A DNA stretch of 63,998 nucleotides, counting the filler, from Cercozoa sp. M6MM (Eukaryota > Protista > Endomyxa: Ascetosporea): the NCBI GenBank assembly GCA_040357565.1. It is 11 parts of 11 records of this genome, joined end to end, with 100 filler letters (N's around TTAATTAATTAA, not from the genome) between each part and the next. Parts side by side here need not be neighbours in the genome. Positions count along the whole stretch, not along the records: positions 32,052 to 44,941 come from JBDODJ010000370.1; positions 45,042 to 47,217 come from JBDODJ010001825.1; positions 47,318 to 54,081 come from JBDODJ010000696.1; 8 more parts are not named here. The stretch is one strand, 5' to 3'. The stretch's first letter is position 1. Every line of letters starts with the position of its first letter. The notes below the pieces were generated by a model. That model did not search any database. It was not told the DNA's origin and saw nothing but the letters and a program-made list of their open reading frames with translations. A program made the position numbers and the translations under genes. Shown here one piece after another: positions 37,026 through 54,081 of this stretch.

Positions 37026-37262
37026 CTAGGCGTGCTGTTGCATCCGCTTGGCCACACGGTCCGACAGATCGATTACATCTACACAGTAGACATCGTCGCA
37101 TCATACACAGAGCTGAGTATGTGTGCGTGTGGGCAATACCGGCGAGTGCGTACTTGTGGGGGNNNNNNNNNNNNNNNNNNNNNNNNNNNNNNNNNNNNNN
37201 NNNNNNNNNNNNNNNNNNNNNNNNNNNNNNNNNNNNNNNNNNNNNNNNNNNNNNNNNNNNNN

Positions 37263-37302
<40 letters not shown>

Positions 37303-38458
37303 CACACACGTGTGTGACGGTACCGTCAGCGGCTTGTTCGGGTCCTGTTGCTGGCCCATCTGAGCCTGCACACGGACAGTAAGTTAAAAAGTTGGGTGGA
37401 ATGAAAGCCAAGCGTACGAAAGGACTGGATTGTCCCATGCCCATGCCGCCCATTTGCATCTACAGACAGGGAGTGAAGGAAACCCTTAAGCATCGGAAGG
37501 AGTGGAGGAAACAAACGCACCTGTTGCTGCAGCAGTTTCGCATCGTCGGTTTGGTTGTTCTTGCCTAGCAGCAGGGCGAACACGCCGCGAAGTCCAAACA
37601 TGTTCAAAAAGTACCACGATAGCGAGGACACGTAACTCGGGTCCAAGCTGCGAAGTGAGATGCCTAAGGAAACAAGCATACACACACACGCACACACACG
37701 CACACAGACACACATCTATACTAAGTGTATCGGACTCCAAAAAGCCCACCTCGCTGCAGCATCGGCTTGAACGCCTCCGTCAGTGGGAACGGCAGTCGCA
37801 GCAGCACAAAGCCCTGGGAGTAAGCAGATGTATGGTAGGCAGGATAGGCAGAAAAGAGCAAGAGAAAGGCAGGCACCGAGAACATGTAGTTGATAAAGGT
37901 CATGGAAAGAATGTTCGGCACGATCATCATCATGCTGCCCTTCATCTGACCTGCGGGTAAGTAAAAAGCAAACATGAGGTTGCACACAACTCTCCCAAAA
38001 AGGCAAAGGACACGCACCCATGGCAGAAGACATCTGGTCCATGTCCTGCGGCATGCCGTTCGGGTCAGTCTGCCAGCGCACGGACTCGAGACCCTTCTGC
38101 GAAAGCCACTGCTGCCGACGACGCACGGCTGCCGGCGACAGCAAGTGACCTGCGCACATCAATCGATACTGCAAAGCCTGCCTTTTGTTTGAAACAAGAG
38201 GAAGAAATACCGTGCGCACGGAGTCGCTTGCAGCGCTGCAGCATCTGCGATCGGTGCATCTTCTTTCGCGACGGCGCTGCCGGTTTGCTGCAGGTTCCAA
38301 CCATGAAACTTCAACGCTAGCCCAAAGAGGCACTTACTTAATTACCTCTTTAGGAGCTGCGATACGTAATGCCGCAGCAAACCGACGCACAGAACCACGA
38401 GCATCACTGGGAACAGCACCCAGGTTTTGATTGCCGGGTCCAGCACGAGCTGCGTCAT
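37026..38458 (-). CDS. EMC3: ER membrane protein complex subunit 3
   Basis: Starts [36 protein letters not shown]. Also contains [21 protein letters not shown] and [21 protein letters not shown]. Confidence 0.95.
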
Positions 38459-38708
38459 TTTGTGGAAAGCAAAAACGCAGAAAAACACAATAAATGACGC
38501 GTCAAGTGTCGTGCACTGTGTCAAACCCACTGCCAAATACACTGGCTGCCCTAAAACACCACCAGGATTGATCGAGCCGAGTTTTGAACCGACAGACCCG
38601 GGACAAACAAAAACGGAACTCCCGGACGCAGTAGCCACAGAGATCGTAGAGCGCGGTAGCGTGTGCCTGAAGCGTCTTGGCACTGGACCTGCTCGCAAGC
38701 ACGCTCCT

Positions 38709-39100
38709 ATGTCGGCGTCGGTAAGATGCGTTTTGTTTTTCCGGACAGAGGCATGCAGTGTTTTTTTTTTTGGTACGCAGCGCAGTAAGCAAGTTTTCGT
38801 GCGCCTCGTGTCGCTGGCCGGCACGGGCTACAACTACACAACGCGAAAGAACCCGATCAAGTCGCCAGAGGTACCCACATTTTTTTCGAGCGACTTGGGA
38901 CCACTGTCGTGTCTTGCAGAAGCTGGTGCTGCGAAAGTACGACCCGGTGGTGGACAGACACGTTATCTTTGTGGTAGACACCTCGTGTGCTAATTAAACT
39001 GTCTCAACTTTGTGTCTATGCTGTGTGGGATTTGCAGGAGCGTAAGATCAAGGTGCAGCCGAGACGTTTCAAGAGACTCAAGGGTAAGAAGGCCGCATAA
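38709..39100 (+). CDS. MRPL33: Mitochondrial ribosomal protein bL33m
   Basis: Reads MSAS|RSKQVFVRLVSLAGTGYNYTTRKNPIKSPE|KLVLRKYDPVVDRHVIFV|ERKIK... Confidence 0.92.
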
Positions 39101-39305
39101 ATCCGTCGCGTCCCTCGTTTCAGTTCAGTTTAGTGACTTTGGTTGCTCTAATATCTAAACTTCACCCGCGCCGATACGCCTGACTATACGATACGTTGTT
39201 GAATTTGGTTTGCCGCCGCACATCAGCACCACAAAATTGGCGTGCAATTTAGTTGCTATAGTATTGTAAGCTCCTTTAACGGACTTAAATATTTGCAGTG
39301 GCAGC

Positions 39306-40908
39306 ATGCCTCGCACAGTGCCTCTCTTTCGAAGTGCATGGGGTATGTCGTCAGTATCTCTGTTTTGTTGTTTTTTGTTTTGACGGTTACCCTGTGTATG
39401 TAGGTGTGCTCAAAAGCGAGTGGCATGGTGGCAAGTTCACCTCACTCGATGAGTTCTTTGCTGCGTATGCTTGCCTACTGAATCGATATGTACAGTAGCA
39501 GTAAACTGTAAAATCCTTTCTTTCCAATGGTGTCTTTTGGCAGAACAAAGGCACTGCAGTACACGGGTGTTGAGATGCCCGTTGTCACCTGTTTGCAGGT
39601 GCGCATGCTTTGTGTTTTCTATTTTTTGTACGTGTGTATGTGTGCAATAATGACAGTACGAAGAGGAGCACGGCGAGGGCAGTCTCCGTGAAGTGCTTGA
39701 TCGGCACGGTTTGCAGCTCATCTGCACGGCCTTCTCGTCGGGCTTCATGGCACCCGGCACGCACTTTGACTCCTGTCTGTACTACCGCTGTGCCAACATA
39801 ACATGTGTCTAAAGTGTGTGTGTGTGTGTGTTGTGTGTGTGTGCATTGGGACAGTGCTCCCAGTGACAGCGACATTGACACGCACGTGCGTGTGCTGTGC
39901 GAGCAGTACCGTCTGGCGCGACACCGCTTTGGTGCCTATCGCATCAACACGCACTCTGGTACAAATGGACCGTAGTTAAGGCTGCATGCTTGTAGGTCAG
40001 TGTGTTCTATAGGAATGCCTGGGTGGACACTGGACACGTGTCGCCACTTCTATGATACTGTGCACAACGAGCTCGTTCGAATGGTCTATACCTTTATTCA
40101 CGCCCCCTCGCCTCAGTATACCTCAGTGCCCATAGAGCATGGACGTGGACGTTGTTCACGAAACTCATCGCGGCCGCGCGCTTTTTTCGCCCTGGACCAC
40201 CTTGCAGTTGGTACGAACTGCGTTTCTGGTGTCCGCACGGATGCACATGTGCATTGTCCAGGTGAGAGACTTGGGCGACGCACTGAATCTCAACGCTGAC
40301 TTGTCACACTGGGTCGTTGTTTCAGAGGTACTTTTTCCTTGCATGCGACGTTTGTACAGATGAATGAACACATTGACTAGGCCTTTCCAGTCACACAGGA
40401 CGGCGACTTCGCCTTTGTCTATCCTGAGTTGTCCAGCATCGTACAAAAGATCGGTTACTTTATACTTGCCCACCGTATTTGCTTCCGTTGCTGTACCTCC
40501 TGTACGTACGATATGAACAGCAAGCAATGTAAAGCACGTGCACGCACGCTTCAGTGACTCTCAGCGCTCGCAGCTACCGCAGCCGCAGCTCAGTCGTCAC
40601 TTTGCCGATCGCGAGGCACACCTGTACGTCCTTCTGTCATCCCTGCTGTATATCCCGTTCTAACAGGTGTCGATGTGCAGCGAGCTCTGGCACCGTATAC
40701 TCTCGCAGAACTGCGCAGTGTCGGTGACGCCCGAGCACGGCCCGGTGCCCTATCAGCTCACGCTGAATGAAGAGGGTAATACTTGTTTTGTTTGGCTTGT
40801 GTGCATTTGTTGTGTATATTTTGCACACTGACAACAGACGACCTGGTTTGTGATCTGTGGCAAGTCAACACTTGGGTTGGCCAGCAAGTTCAGTCGCGAG
40901 CCTTGTGA
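39306..40908 (+). CDS. Sugar-phosphate isomerase/epimerase (xylose-isomerase-like TIM barrel)
   Basis: Motifs FRSAWG, YTGVE, HETHRGRA..SPWTT, LNADLSHWVVVSE, HVHAR, VTPEHGP and DLWQVNTW. Confidence 0.8.
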
Positions 40909-41341
40909 CGCGACGGTGGCTATCATACCATCACTGAATGCCTCGCGCGGCGCGCAGAAACTGCTAGTTGCTAGTTACAGAACTGGTCAGTATAAGCTTA
41001 CCGCAAATAATATAACCAATTTACCATGCGGTTGGTCTCCGTACGCCGAATTGATACCGGTTGGGGTCGGCCAGTTTGTCAGTTGTTCTGCAGTTTGCAC
41101 TCATATCCACCTCTACAAGCGCAGTTAGCATCGGCTGCCGGCTGGAGAGAGAAGAGGTTTTAAAGGATTTTTCCCGAGACGGACGCAAGAACCCAATTGG
41201 GGGGGGAATTCTTCACTTCGCTTCGTCTCTCCGACGACTTACTTCTTTTATTTAGTTTTCTTTTTCCCAATAACGTCAGAAACAAAATAGTTAGTTGCAA
41301 TTCTTAAGAAAACTGACGTGAGGCACAGAGCTAACTGGTGA

Positions 41342-41898
41342 CTACTTTTTTTGGTTGTCAGTGCCGAGTCGCCGACACTCGGACCGACTATCGCAGTAGG
41401 CGTCGACATTGGACTCGCGGTACAGCTCGTACAGCTGCTGCTCGACCGAACCGCGAGTGATGAAGCGAACCACACGCAACGTGCCGTCGCCGTGACCTTG
41501 CCGTGCGCCTGCACACGCCAGCATCTCGTAGGGCCTGTGCACAGGTTGTAATCGGAGCACAATGTTACCTCGGCCGATAGCCTGTTTCTCCTGCGTGCGC
41601 ACATGCTGTATACTGCCTTCCAGCGGGTCCAGCAGACAGATGTCCGTCGCGCTGTAGAGATCGGCACCGGCCGCCGAACTAAACAGCCAAGACACGCACT
41701 GTATATTCCAAGCAAGCATGTGTCTGTTCAAGGAGTCAAAAGGAACCTCTTCAGCGAGAAGAGAATCACGCGAGGCAGCGAAAGCAGACGCGACTCGGAA
41801 ACCGCCTCGCCTCGGAAGGCAGCCAGAGCGTTGTTGCGCTAGAGAACACACAAACAGGAGTGCTTCTAATATACCAGAAGTAATGCAGGCAAGTAGAC

Positions 41899-41967
<69 letters not shown>

Positions 41968-44882
41968 ACTCGGTAAACGTTGCCGAAAACTGTGACGCAG
42001 TTGACTCGATGGCGTTGCAGAAGCTCCATCACCTATAGGAAGGGTCTATAGTATACGGTACTCATTGTAAACTATGCACCTCGTGGAGATGCGAGTCGTG
42101 CTGCGAGAAGACAATTACACGGCGCGACAGATCGCGCAGCTTGTCTTGCAACCAGCGTACCCTGGGTAGCGTATTGTACCAATAGTATGCACGAGTATAA
42201 AAACACAAGTAAAGACGAAAACAAAAGCGCACAGGGTGGCCAGCTTGCTGCCGAGTCGGGCGGCCGCGTAGTTGAACATTGCTTCGTGTGTGTTGAGTTG
42301 CAGCCGCGCCTCCGACAACTCTACCGCGTTGCTGTATCGCATCCAAACAAGCAATACACACATAACATACATACATACATACTTACGTACATACATACAT
42401 ACATACTTACATACATGCGTACACTAGCATACACCTCAAGTCTATTCGTATCAATAGTATAAAGCAGTATTAGGTATAGGTGTATCGTTGTACGCAGAAG
42501 CAAAGGAGTTGGCTGCAGCTTCAACGGCAGGCCAGATCTATCCCAGACCAAAGGTCAAGTGACACTCGCAAACCGACAGATGCCTCCCTGCAAGAACACG
42601 AAGGATACCTCGGGTGCCTGTTGCAGCTTTTGAAGACGCGGGTTTAAGGACTCGAGCATGCGCTCGTTGTACTTTTTGATACGTTGCACTGCCGTTGTCT
42701 GGATACACATAGTATATATACATATATATATATATATGCCCCATGTTACACAGCGCTCGATGTCGTGCTTGTTGGTTGGCAGATCCAAGGAAAGTCTGCA
42801 CAGACACGCATCGAGAAAGCACCCCAAAACACAAGCAAGGAGAAGCACGATTTGATTTCGTTGTCACGGCATCTGGCAACCCTGTATTAGCAGACAGCTT
42901 GGTACCAAACAGGCCACACAGTGTGTAAAGGTTCGTACAAGCTGTTCATGTTGCTGAGTCGAGTCATCTGTCCATACAGTGCCTCCTTGGGAAGTCATGG
43001 ATATTGAACTAACTAACAAACCTGGCCAGCGAGTTTCTCCAAATCGGCATCGGCCGTAGTGACGTTGATTTTGAGCTCGTTGATCTGTGTAGCCGCACAA
43101 GCACACTCTTACTGTACTCTGTACCAACAAGGTAAAAGACAGAGAAAGTACTATGTCCGAGAGTTCAGACAGACGACACCGCACCGACATATCGATGTGG
43201 TCAGCGCGCTCAAATCGAAGTCCAAAGCGACGCAAACTACCAGAGGTATCAATTCACAGGGGATGGGAGGTAAAGATAGAGAAACGTTACTACGTGTTAT
43301 CAGTGTTCCAGATACGCACCTTTAAAAACATCAGGGGGTAAGAGGAGGGCAAAGATGTAAACTTAAGCTTAATGTACAGGATGCAAAATGGCCGAGAGTT
43401 GCTCACTACGCATTGGCATCGACTCGATCTGCAAAGAGGACATAGTCAGTTTTACCCCCCCCCCTTACCTTCTTCTATTGAACAAAAGATACCACCGCAC
43501 GCTCAGCAGCGTTGGGTTCCACCCAGACAATCTGCAGTCAGACACATGCTCAGACCAGATACCAGAAGTATGGCAAGATAGTACCTCCTCCTTAAAGTCG
43601 GGCAGTTCGGCCTCGTAGCCCACCGACTAAGTAGTCATCAGGGTAGAGTAGGGTAGGGTAGTGTAGGTTGGGTAAGGAGAGTAGAGTGGCCTAACAAAGT
43701 ACCTTCTTGGTGTCGCGACGCAGCAGGAAACGTGACACGAGTTTCTACTTAACATACACCTACTGTACCAACCCATCCCAGAGATACATGGAGAGATAGA
43801 CAAAGCAACCTCCATGATGTTAAACACTGGCACAGCTAATGTCGTCCGCATCACCTATATATATATATATTTATTTATTTATTCTAACTTTTTTTATAAA
43901 TTTACACATATACATTTATTAAAGAAATATATAAATATATATATATATAGCTACACCTCATGTGGATAGGCGCGCCCGGTGATATCTTTTTGGCGGTCGC
44001 TGTATCGTAGACAAAGTCACCGTACCTACAGGGGGGGGGAGGGGCCGGGGGGAGGGGGTACACCTCAACACTGTAGGAGTACAGGGATGGGCATAGTACA
44101 GAGGCGTGACACGCTGACTCAGAGTGTCCTCCAAACGGATGTCCAAAAAGGCCGCGTAACTGCACCCTCAAGATCCTCGTTATTGAGCTACCGAGAGGCT
44201 AGCAATACCTCGGCAGCAAGTCCAGATTCGGGAAAGGCGTCGCTGTCACCAGCCTGAGAAGCGGGTGGGGAGTAGGAGGTTAAAGGGAGTTAACAACCAT
44301 ACCAGCGGAAGTCGGATGTCATGCGCATCCAGCGACGCTGTTTGGTCGACAGCTTGGCCAAAATCTCGTGCGCCTCGTCCACTACAACTAAGGGAGTGGG
44401 AGGGGGAGGGTAAATAGATAGGGGGTAGGGCACCGACGAAGCGGTGGTAGTGGAAACACGTCAGATCAGGCGCACAACGCTTGAGCAAAACCTGCACCGC
44501 CTCCGACGTTGTTGCTTGCTCTTTCGAATTACGGGAGGGGGGGGGGTAAGAGGTACAGAGATAGGCAAGGGGTAAGACAAGGGAGTACTTAACACGGACG
44601 AGAGAGTGTTGCAGTGTTCACCCTTGCCCACCACCTAAACATGCACACGTGTCCCCAGTCCAGTCGTAGTCCAGTCCAGTACAGTTCCATTCCTGTCCAG
44701 GTGTCCGAGTTAAAGTTAAGGACTCACCTTGGCAAAGTGCGACAGCGACAGGAAACTCTCGCTCACGATCTGCATGAACGGGAGTGGGCAGGGAGGCAAA
44801 GGGGTGGGGAGGGGGTAAAACAATGATCTCGGCCTGCAGCACATCGTCGTACGTCAGCTGCTTGTGCGCACTGTCCACATCA
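41342..44882 (-). CDS. SNF2-family helicase with RING finger (Rad5/Rad16/SHPRH-like), 5' partial
   Basis: Motifs HYHRFV, LPLVWLL, VIVFSQH, AAGADLYSATDICLLDP, QEKQAIGR and VVRFITRGSVEQQLY, plus a Cys-rich RING-like exon near 42.85-42.93 kb. Confidence 0.85.
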
Positions 44883-45142
44883 CTCACATACACCCCACAC
44901 CGACATACACACCTCCAATAAACACACACACACACACACACNNNNNNNNNNNNNNNNNNNNNNNNNNNNNNNNNNNNNNNNNNNNTTAATTAATTAANNN
45001 NNNNNNNNNNNNNNNNNNNNNNNNNNNNNNNNNNNNNNNNNCCCCCCCCCCCCATTTACCCCCATTGTACACCCTCTTTGCTTCCCCACTGTACCCTCAT
45101 TATCCCCCTGTTGACCACCTTACCCTTTTCTGGCGTGCGCAG

Positions 45143-46134
45143 GTGGACATGGTGGCGGCGCGCACGGACGCTCAGGTACTGTTCGACGCTTCTCACGGGT
45201 ACAACTCTGTTCCACATGGACTGGTCCGTATGGACTGGTCTGGTATGTATGGACTGGTATGTATGGACTGGTATGGACTGTGCCCTGGGTAGTCGACTCG
45301 TCATGGACAAGCAGGCCTTCATCAATGTGCTGACGTCGCGCCCGTGGGAGCATCTGCGTGGTTTTACCCCCCTGTTTACCCCCCTGTTCACCCCCTTGTT
45401 TACCCCTGTTTCCCTGTTTGGCACCCTGTTGTATTACTCCTCTGTTTACCCCCCCCCCACCCTTCCTCGAGCAGCGGTGTGCAGCTTCTTCGTGCGGCAG
45501 GCCAAGTACGACGTCAAGCAAACCATCGAGCAGCACATGAGTGGCAGCGACACTGGGTTTGCCCACCCTACCCTCTTTACCCCCCTTACCCCCTTACCCC
45601 CCTTGTGTAGCTACGCATTGCACACCATCGTGCAGCACGCGCAGAATCCGTCGTATCTTGTTTTTACCCCCCCCCACACCCTACCCTTACCCCTGATACT
45701 AGGTACCTGTGGGCCATTACGTTGCGTGACTCGTTGCGCAAGTGTATCAACGCTCACTTAAGTCTTTCATTAAGGGTGTGTCTATGCACTCCTTTAAGTG
45801 TAGTCGACAAGGACAGCAACAAGCGACGGTTGTTTCGTGTTGTGGCACGTCAATGCGAGATCGACATGGAGACCATCAAGGAGGTCTTCTGCTCCTCGCG
45901 CTTCGGTACTCAGGTCTTACCCCCTCCCCATCACTTCCCTTACCCCCCCCCCCACCCCCCAGGACACTGGGACGGACGCGACTTTGCCGACTGGCTGCGT
46001 CGGCATGTCGACGACGGTAGGCGTTGTCTAACTCTCCCCCCCCCCCCTCTTCTACCACTTATTTGGGTGCATGGACAGACCGACTACGCCGAGCTGTGGC
46101 GTTGCTAACGGTGACGCACGTGGCGTCTGATTGA
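45143..46134 (+). CDS. Annexin, C-terminal repeats (5' partial)
   Basis: Contains DAQVLFDASHG, DKQAFINVLTSRPWEHL, LFRVVARQCEIDMETIKEVF and DDRLRRAVALL. Confidence 0.8.
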
Positions 46135-46299
46135 TCGCATCCCTCGGTCTTGCTTTTACCATTCAGTTGCGAGTAAGTCCGATCCGATCGACTTGGTCGA
46201 CGCAAAATGATTGATTGATTTAATTTTGAACTTTATCCCGCGTGTCCGCACCCACTACAATTGTACGGGTATGGCGGGGCTTTTCGAACCACCAAAATA

Positions 46300-46550
46300 T
46301 CTGCCCCCTTAACCCTTAGGCTTTACCCGCCTCGCCCTCTTTGCCCCCTTTGCTCCCTTACCTCTTAATCCCTTTTGACCCCATAACCCATTTACCCCCT
46401 TACCCCTTTACCCCTTTACCCCTTTACCCCTTGACCCCTTACCCCTTTACCCCTTTACCCCTTTACCCCCTTACCCCTTGACCCCCTTACCCCTTGACCC
46501 CCTTACCCCTTGACCCCCTTACCCCTTGACCCCCGTACCCCTTGACCCCC
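46300..46550 (+). repeat. (CCCCTTTA/CCCCTTGA)n-like tandem array, G-quadruplex-prone on the minus strand
   Basis: Directly visible. Confidence 0.9.
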
Positions 46551-46748
46551 ATACCCACTTTTTGCGTGTCGTATAAATTTGGGAAATTTGCGGCAGGTTT
46601 CTGCCTTGCGTAGTCAAGTGTTGTGCAGGTGGCTCCGGCTGGGTCAAGNNNNNNNNNNNNNNNNNNNNNNNNNNNNNNNNNNNNNNNNNNNNNNNNNNNN
46701 NNNNNNNNNNNNNNNNNNNNNNNNNNNNNNNNNNNNNNNNNNNNNNNN

Positions 46749-46789
<41 letters not shown>

Positions 46790-46793
<4 letters not shown>

Positions 46794-47035
46794 GTCACTC
46801 AGCTACCCACGTGGGCACCCACGTGGTCACTCTTTGTGGTCACTGGTCATTCAGCTGGATACCACTGCGATGCCACAAAGCCGCGCACCGTGGCTGCACG
46901 CCTGCCGGGTAATAGTGGGGGGAGGGGGATAAACAGGGGTACAAGGGGTATACAGGGGGAGGGTAAAGAGAGGGCAAACTATCACGGCAGAGCGTATCAA
47001 AGCTCCGTAAGGAAGCTGGATAAGAGGTGCCTGCA
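46790..47035 (-). pseudogene. Disrupted copy of Slo/BK channel exons
   Basis: Closely matches 63570-63710, including flanking intron sequence, but has a 1-nt deletion in the exon. The upstream LLSSFLTEL ends in TGA. Confidence 0.5.
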
Positions 47036-47411
47036 GTCAAAGTGAGCTGTAGAAAGCTTGACCCAGCCGGAGCCACCTGCACAACACTTGACTACGCAAG
47101 GCAGAAACCTGCCGCAAATTTCCCAAATTTATACGACACGCAAAAAGTGGGTATGGGGGTCAAGGGGTACGGGGGTCAAGGGGTAAGGGGGTCAAGGGGT
47201 AAGGGGGTCAAGGGGTANNNNNNNNNNNNNNNNNNNNNNNNNNNNNNNNNNNNNNNNNNNNTTAATTAATTAANNNNNNNNNNNNNNNNNNNNNNNNNNN
47301 NNNNNNNNNNNNNNNNNATATATATATATATATGTATATATATATATGGTTATAAGTATATATATCTATACATATATATATACATACATATATACATATC
47401 TATACATGTAC

Positions 47412-47444
<33 letters not shown>

Positions 47445-47513
47445 CGGTGGTTATAAATATGTATATAAATATATATATATATATATATATTCGCTTATGT
47501 TGATCGAGTACAG

Positions 47514-48372
47514 TGCACTACGTCTCGGCCAGCGACGAGGACATGGCCGCTATGGCCGAGGCCGGCTGCAGTGTTGGTATGTACTGTACAGTCTTGGTAT
47601 GTGTAGTGCATATGTGTTGGTGTCTAATGGGCAACAGTGCACTGTCCCACGAGCAACCTCAAGCTCGGCTCGGGCGTTGCGCGGGTGCCAGCCATGCTCG
47701 AAGCAGGCATCAACGTCGCGCTCGGCACCGACTCGGCCGCATCGAACAACTCGCTCGATCTGTGGCGTGAGGTACCTTGATCTACATGCACCGTTGGCAA
47801 GGTCCAGGCGTGGGTCTGTCTATGTGCGCGTGCATTGACAGATGCGACTGGCGGCTCTGCTGGCCAAGGCAGCGCACGGCTTTGACAAGATCGACGCCTC
47901 GGCACTCAACGCCTACACTGCCGTCCGCATGGCCACTGTCAACGGAGCCCGCGCACTCGGCATTGAGCACCTCGTGTAGCACCATATATATTTTTTTCAT
48001 TCTATATATATATGTATATATATATATGCTATATAGCGGCACCATCGAGGCCGGTAAGCGCGCCGACGTGCAGCTGGTGCGACTGCAGGCCGACGATATG
48101 CCGGAGCTCGCGCCCATGTACGACGTCTTCTCGCACCTCGTCTATGTTGGTACCCCTGTCCCTACCCTTCCCCTACTCTTGTCTGTACCTTGCCTGTGTA
48201 CGGCTGCTTTTGCTTGAGTTCAGCTTCACGACACGACGTCACGGACGTGTTCGTGCAGGGACGGCACCTCGTGAAGGAGCGCCGCCTGCAGCACATGGAC
48301 GAGCGTGCTGTTGTGCTGGAGGCGCGTGCCTGGCAGCAGCGCGTGCTCGATGCCGTGCACAACCGCAAGTAG
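47514..48372 (+). CDS. Amidohydrolase, 5'-methylthioadenosine/SAH deaminase (MtaD-like), 5' partial
   Basis: Contains [70 protein letters not shown] and [10 protein letters not shown]. Confidence 0.92.
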
Positions 48373-48798
48373 TGGCTTCTCGGAGACAATGATGGGCGGC
48401 GCGAAGATTCGATCGCGAGGCCGCGCGTGCGTATACTCGCGAACGCGTCGCGTGTCAGTGTGAACAGACAAGAGTCGCTTCGACCATACGCATTTCCGAG
48501 TCAATTTACAAGTCAACGCAACCCGACCGAACTGTACGTTCGTTCCTTCGGCGAAATTAACTTAGTAAGCTAGCTCTCAGCACCAACCGAACCATGAAGT
48601 CTACTTCGGTGTCTTGCGTTGGGAAACGCAAAAGGGGAGTTGCTTGTATGGTCCTACCCAAAGGGGAGTTGGGATTTGTATGACCACCCAAGACTGGCGC
48701 ACGGGGAAAGACTCAACTATCTAACTAAGCTAGCACTCAATGGCTTCCGAACGCGCGCGGGTGAGTCGCTGGCCAAGCAAGCTGAGGCTCTCGAGCTC

Positions 48799-52789
<3,991 letters not shown>

Positions 52790-53076
52790 CTTGGAAGACT
52801 GAAGTCTGGGGTAGCTCCTATACTGCATCGAAACTCGCTAAAACTTAGACTACAGAAAAAATTAGATAGTGCGTTCGGACCTAGGGCCATCGCACGTGCT
52901 GGCCAAGTGACGCGTGTTTATAAGTTTATTTCTCCACGCACCATGCGTGACCGGACTGTTCACCTTCCGTTCCTGTAGAATCGAATCGAATCAAGTTATC
53001 GTGCTCGAACTGATGTGAACGGAACTGAACTGAAGTGAACTGAACCGATCAGCAATCAGCGAATGTTCGTTTTGTT

Positions 53077-54021
53077 TTACTCGCCGGAAGAGTCAGCAGC
53101 GCGCGTCAACACCTGCGGTCGTCCGCGCGGTTGTATGCGCTGCCGCTGGCGCTGCGCGGCGCCGCGTCCACGTGGACGCTTTTGGTCGCCGTGTTGTTGT
53201 TGTTGTTGTGGCTGCTGACCAAAGAGGCGTCGGCGCACTTTCGACAGCACCGCCGACGGCACGTGCGGCACGATGCGCGTGCGCGCTATCTCTGCCGGGG
53301 GGAGGGGTAAACAGGAGGGTAAAGTAGGGGTAAACAGAGTGCAAAGGTGGACAGGAGAGTAAATAGGGTGCAAACAGGGTGCAAACAGAGAGGTAAAGTG
53401 GGAGTAAACAGGGTTCAAGCAAAGGGGGCAAAAATGGGTAAAGTGGAGTGTAAAGGGGTAAAACAGAAGGTAAAGAGGGGGTAAATGGGGGATAAGTGTG
53501 GTGTAAACAGAGGGTAAAGAGGGGGGTAAACAGGGTGGTAAAACAGGGGGGTAAAGAGAGGGTTAAACCCTGGAAGGAGGCGCCATCGTCAAGCATTCGC
53601 AAGGCGCGCCGCGTCTCGGACAGCACGCGCAGCAGCGACTTGGGATGCATGCTGCGACTCACGTTGTCCGCAGGGTCCACCGGGTCCTGCACGCACCACC
53701 ACGTGTTCTGCGACGGCGCGAACTTGTCGCTCTTGGCCTCGATGCCCTTCCTGTTCGGGTAGAGGAAGGGGTAGGGTAGAGGAAGGGGTAGGAGTAGAGG
53801 GGGGGGGGGTGAGACTACAGTACCCCAGCACGAACTGCGCGTGCACGTGGTCGAACTCAAGCAGCAGCTGCCAGAAGTGACGCAAGTGTTCGCGCAGTTC
53901 TCGACCGACAGACTCGTCCGTGTCCTCCTTGTCGCTTTCCTCGTCTTTGTTGTTTTTCTTGTTGTTTTTCTTGTTGTTATTGTTCTTGTTGTTATTGTTC
54001 TTCTTGTTGTTGTTGTTTTTC

Positions 54022-54063
<42 letters not shown>

Positions 54064-54081
54064 TTGTTGAGATCGAACGAC
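53077..54081 (-). CDS. Non-canonical poly(A) polymerase/TUTase (Cid1/Trf4-like) C-terminus, 5' partial
   Basis: WCVQDPVDPADNVSRSMHPKSLLRVLSETRRAL matches the PAP-associated motif IEDPF...N.AR. A CAA/GAA-rich low-complexity exon lies upstream. Confidence 0.65.

Noticed and set aside
46300-46550. True telomere
   Set aside because: The array is internal and degenerate. Its G-strand is GGGGTAAA/GGGGTCAA rather than a TnAGn type, and the same motif fills many introns.
46488-47217. An apparent ~160-bp terminal inverted repeat (46488-46648 versus 47057-47217) enclosing a gene fragment, like a foldback or Pack element
   Set aside because: One arm ends exactly at a 100-N gap and the other at the scaffold end. 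Flipping contig 46749-47217 makes it overlap and extend the left contig, which is the signature of a mis-oriented scaffold join.
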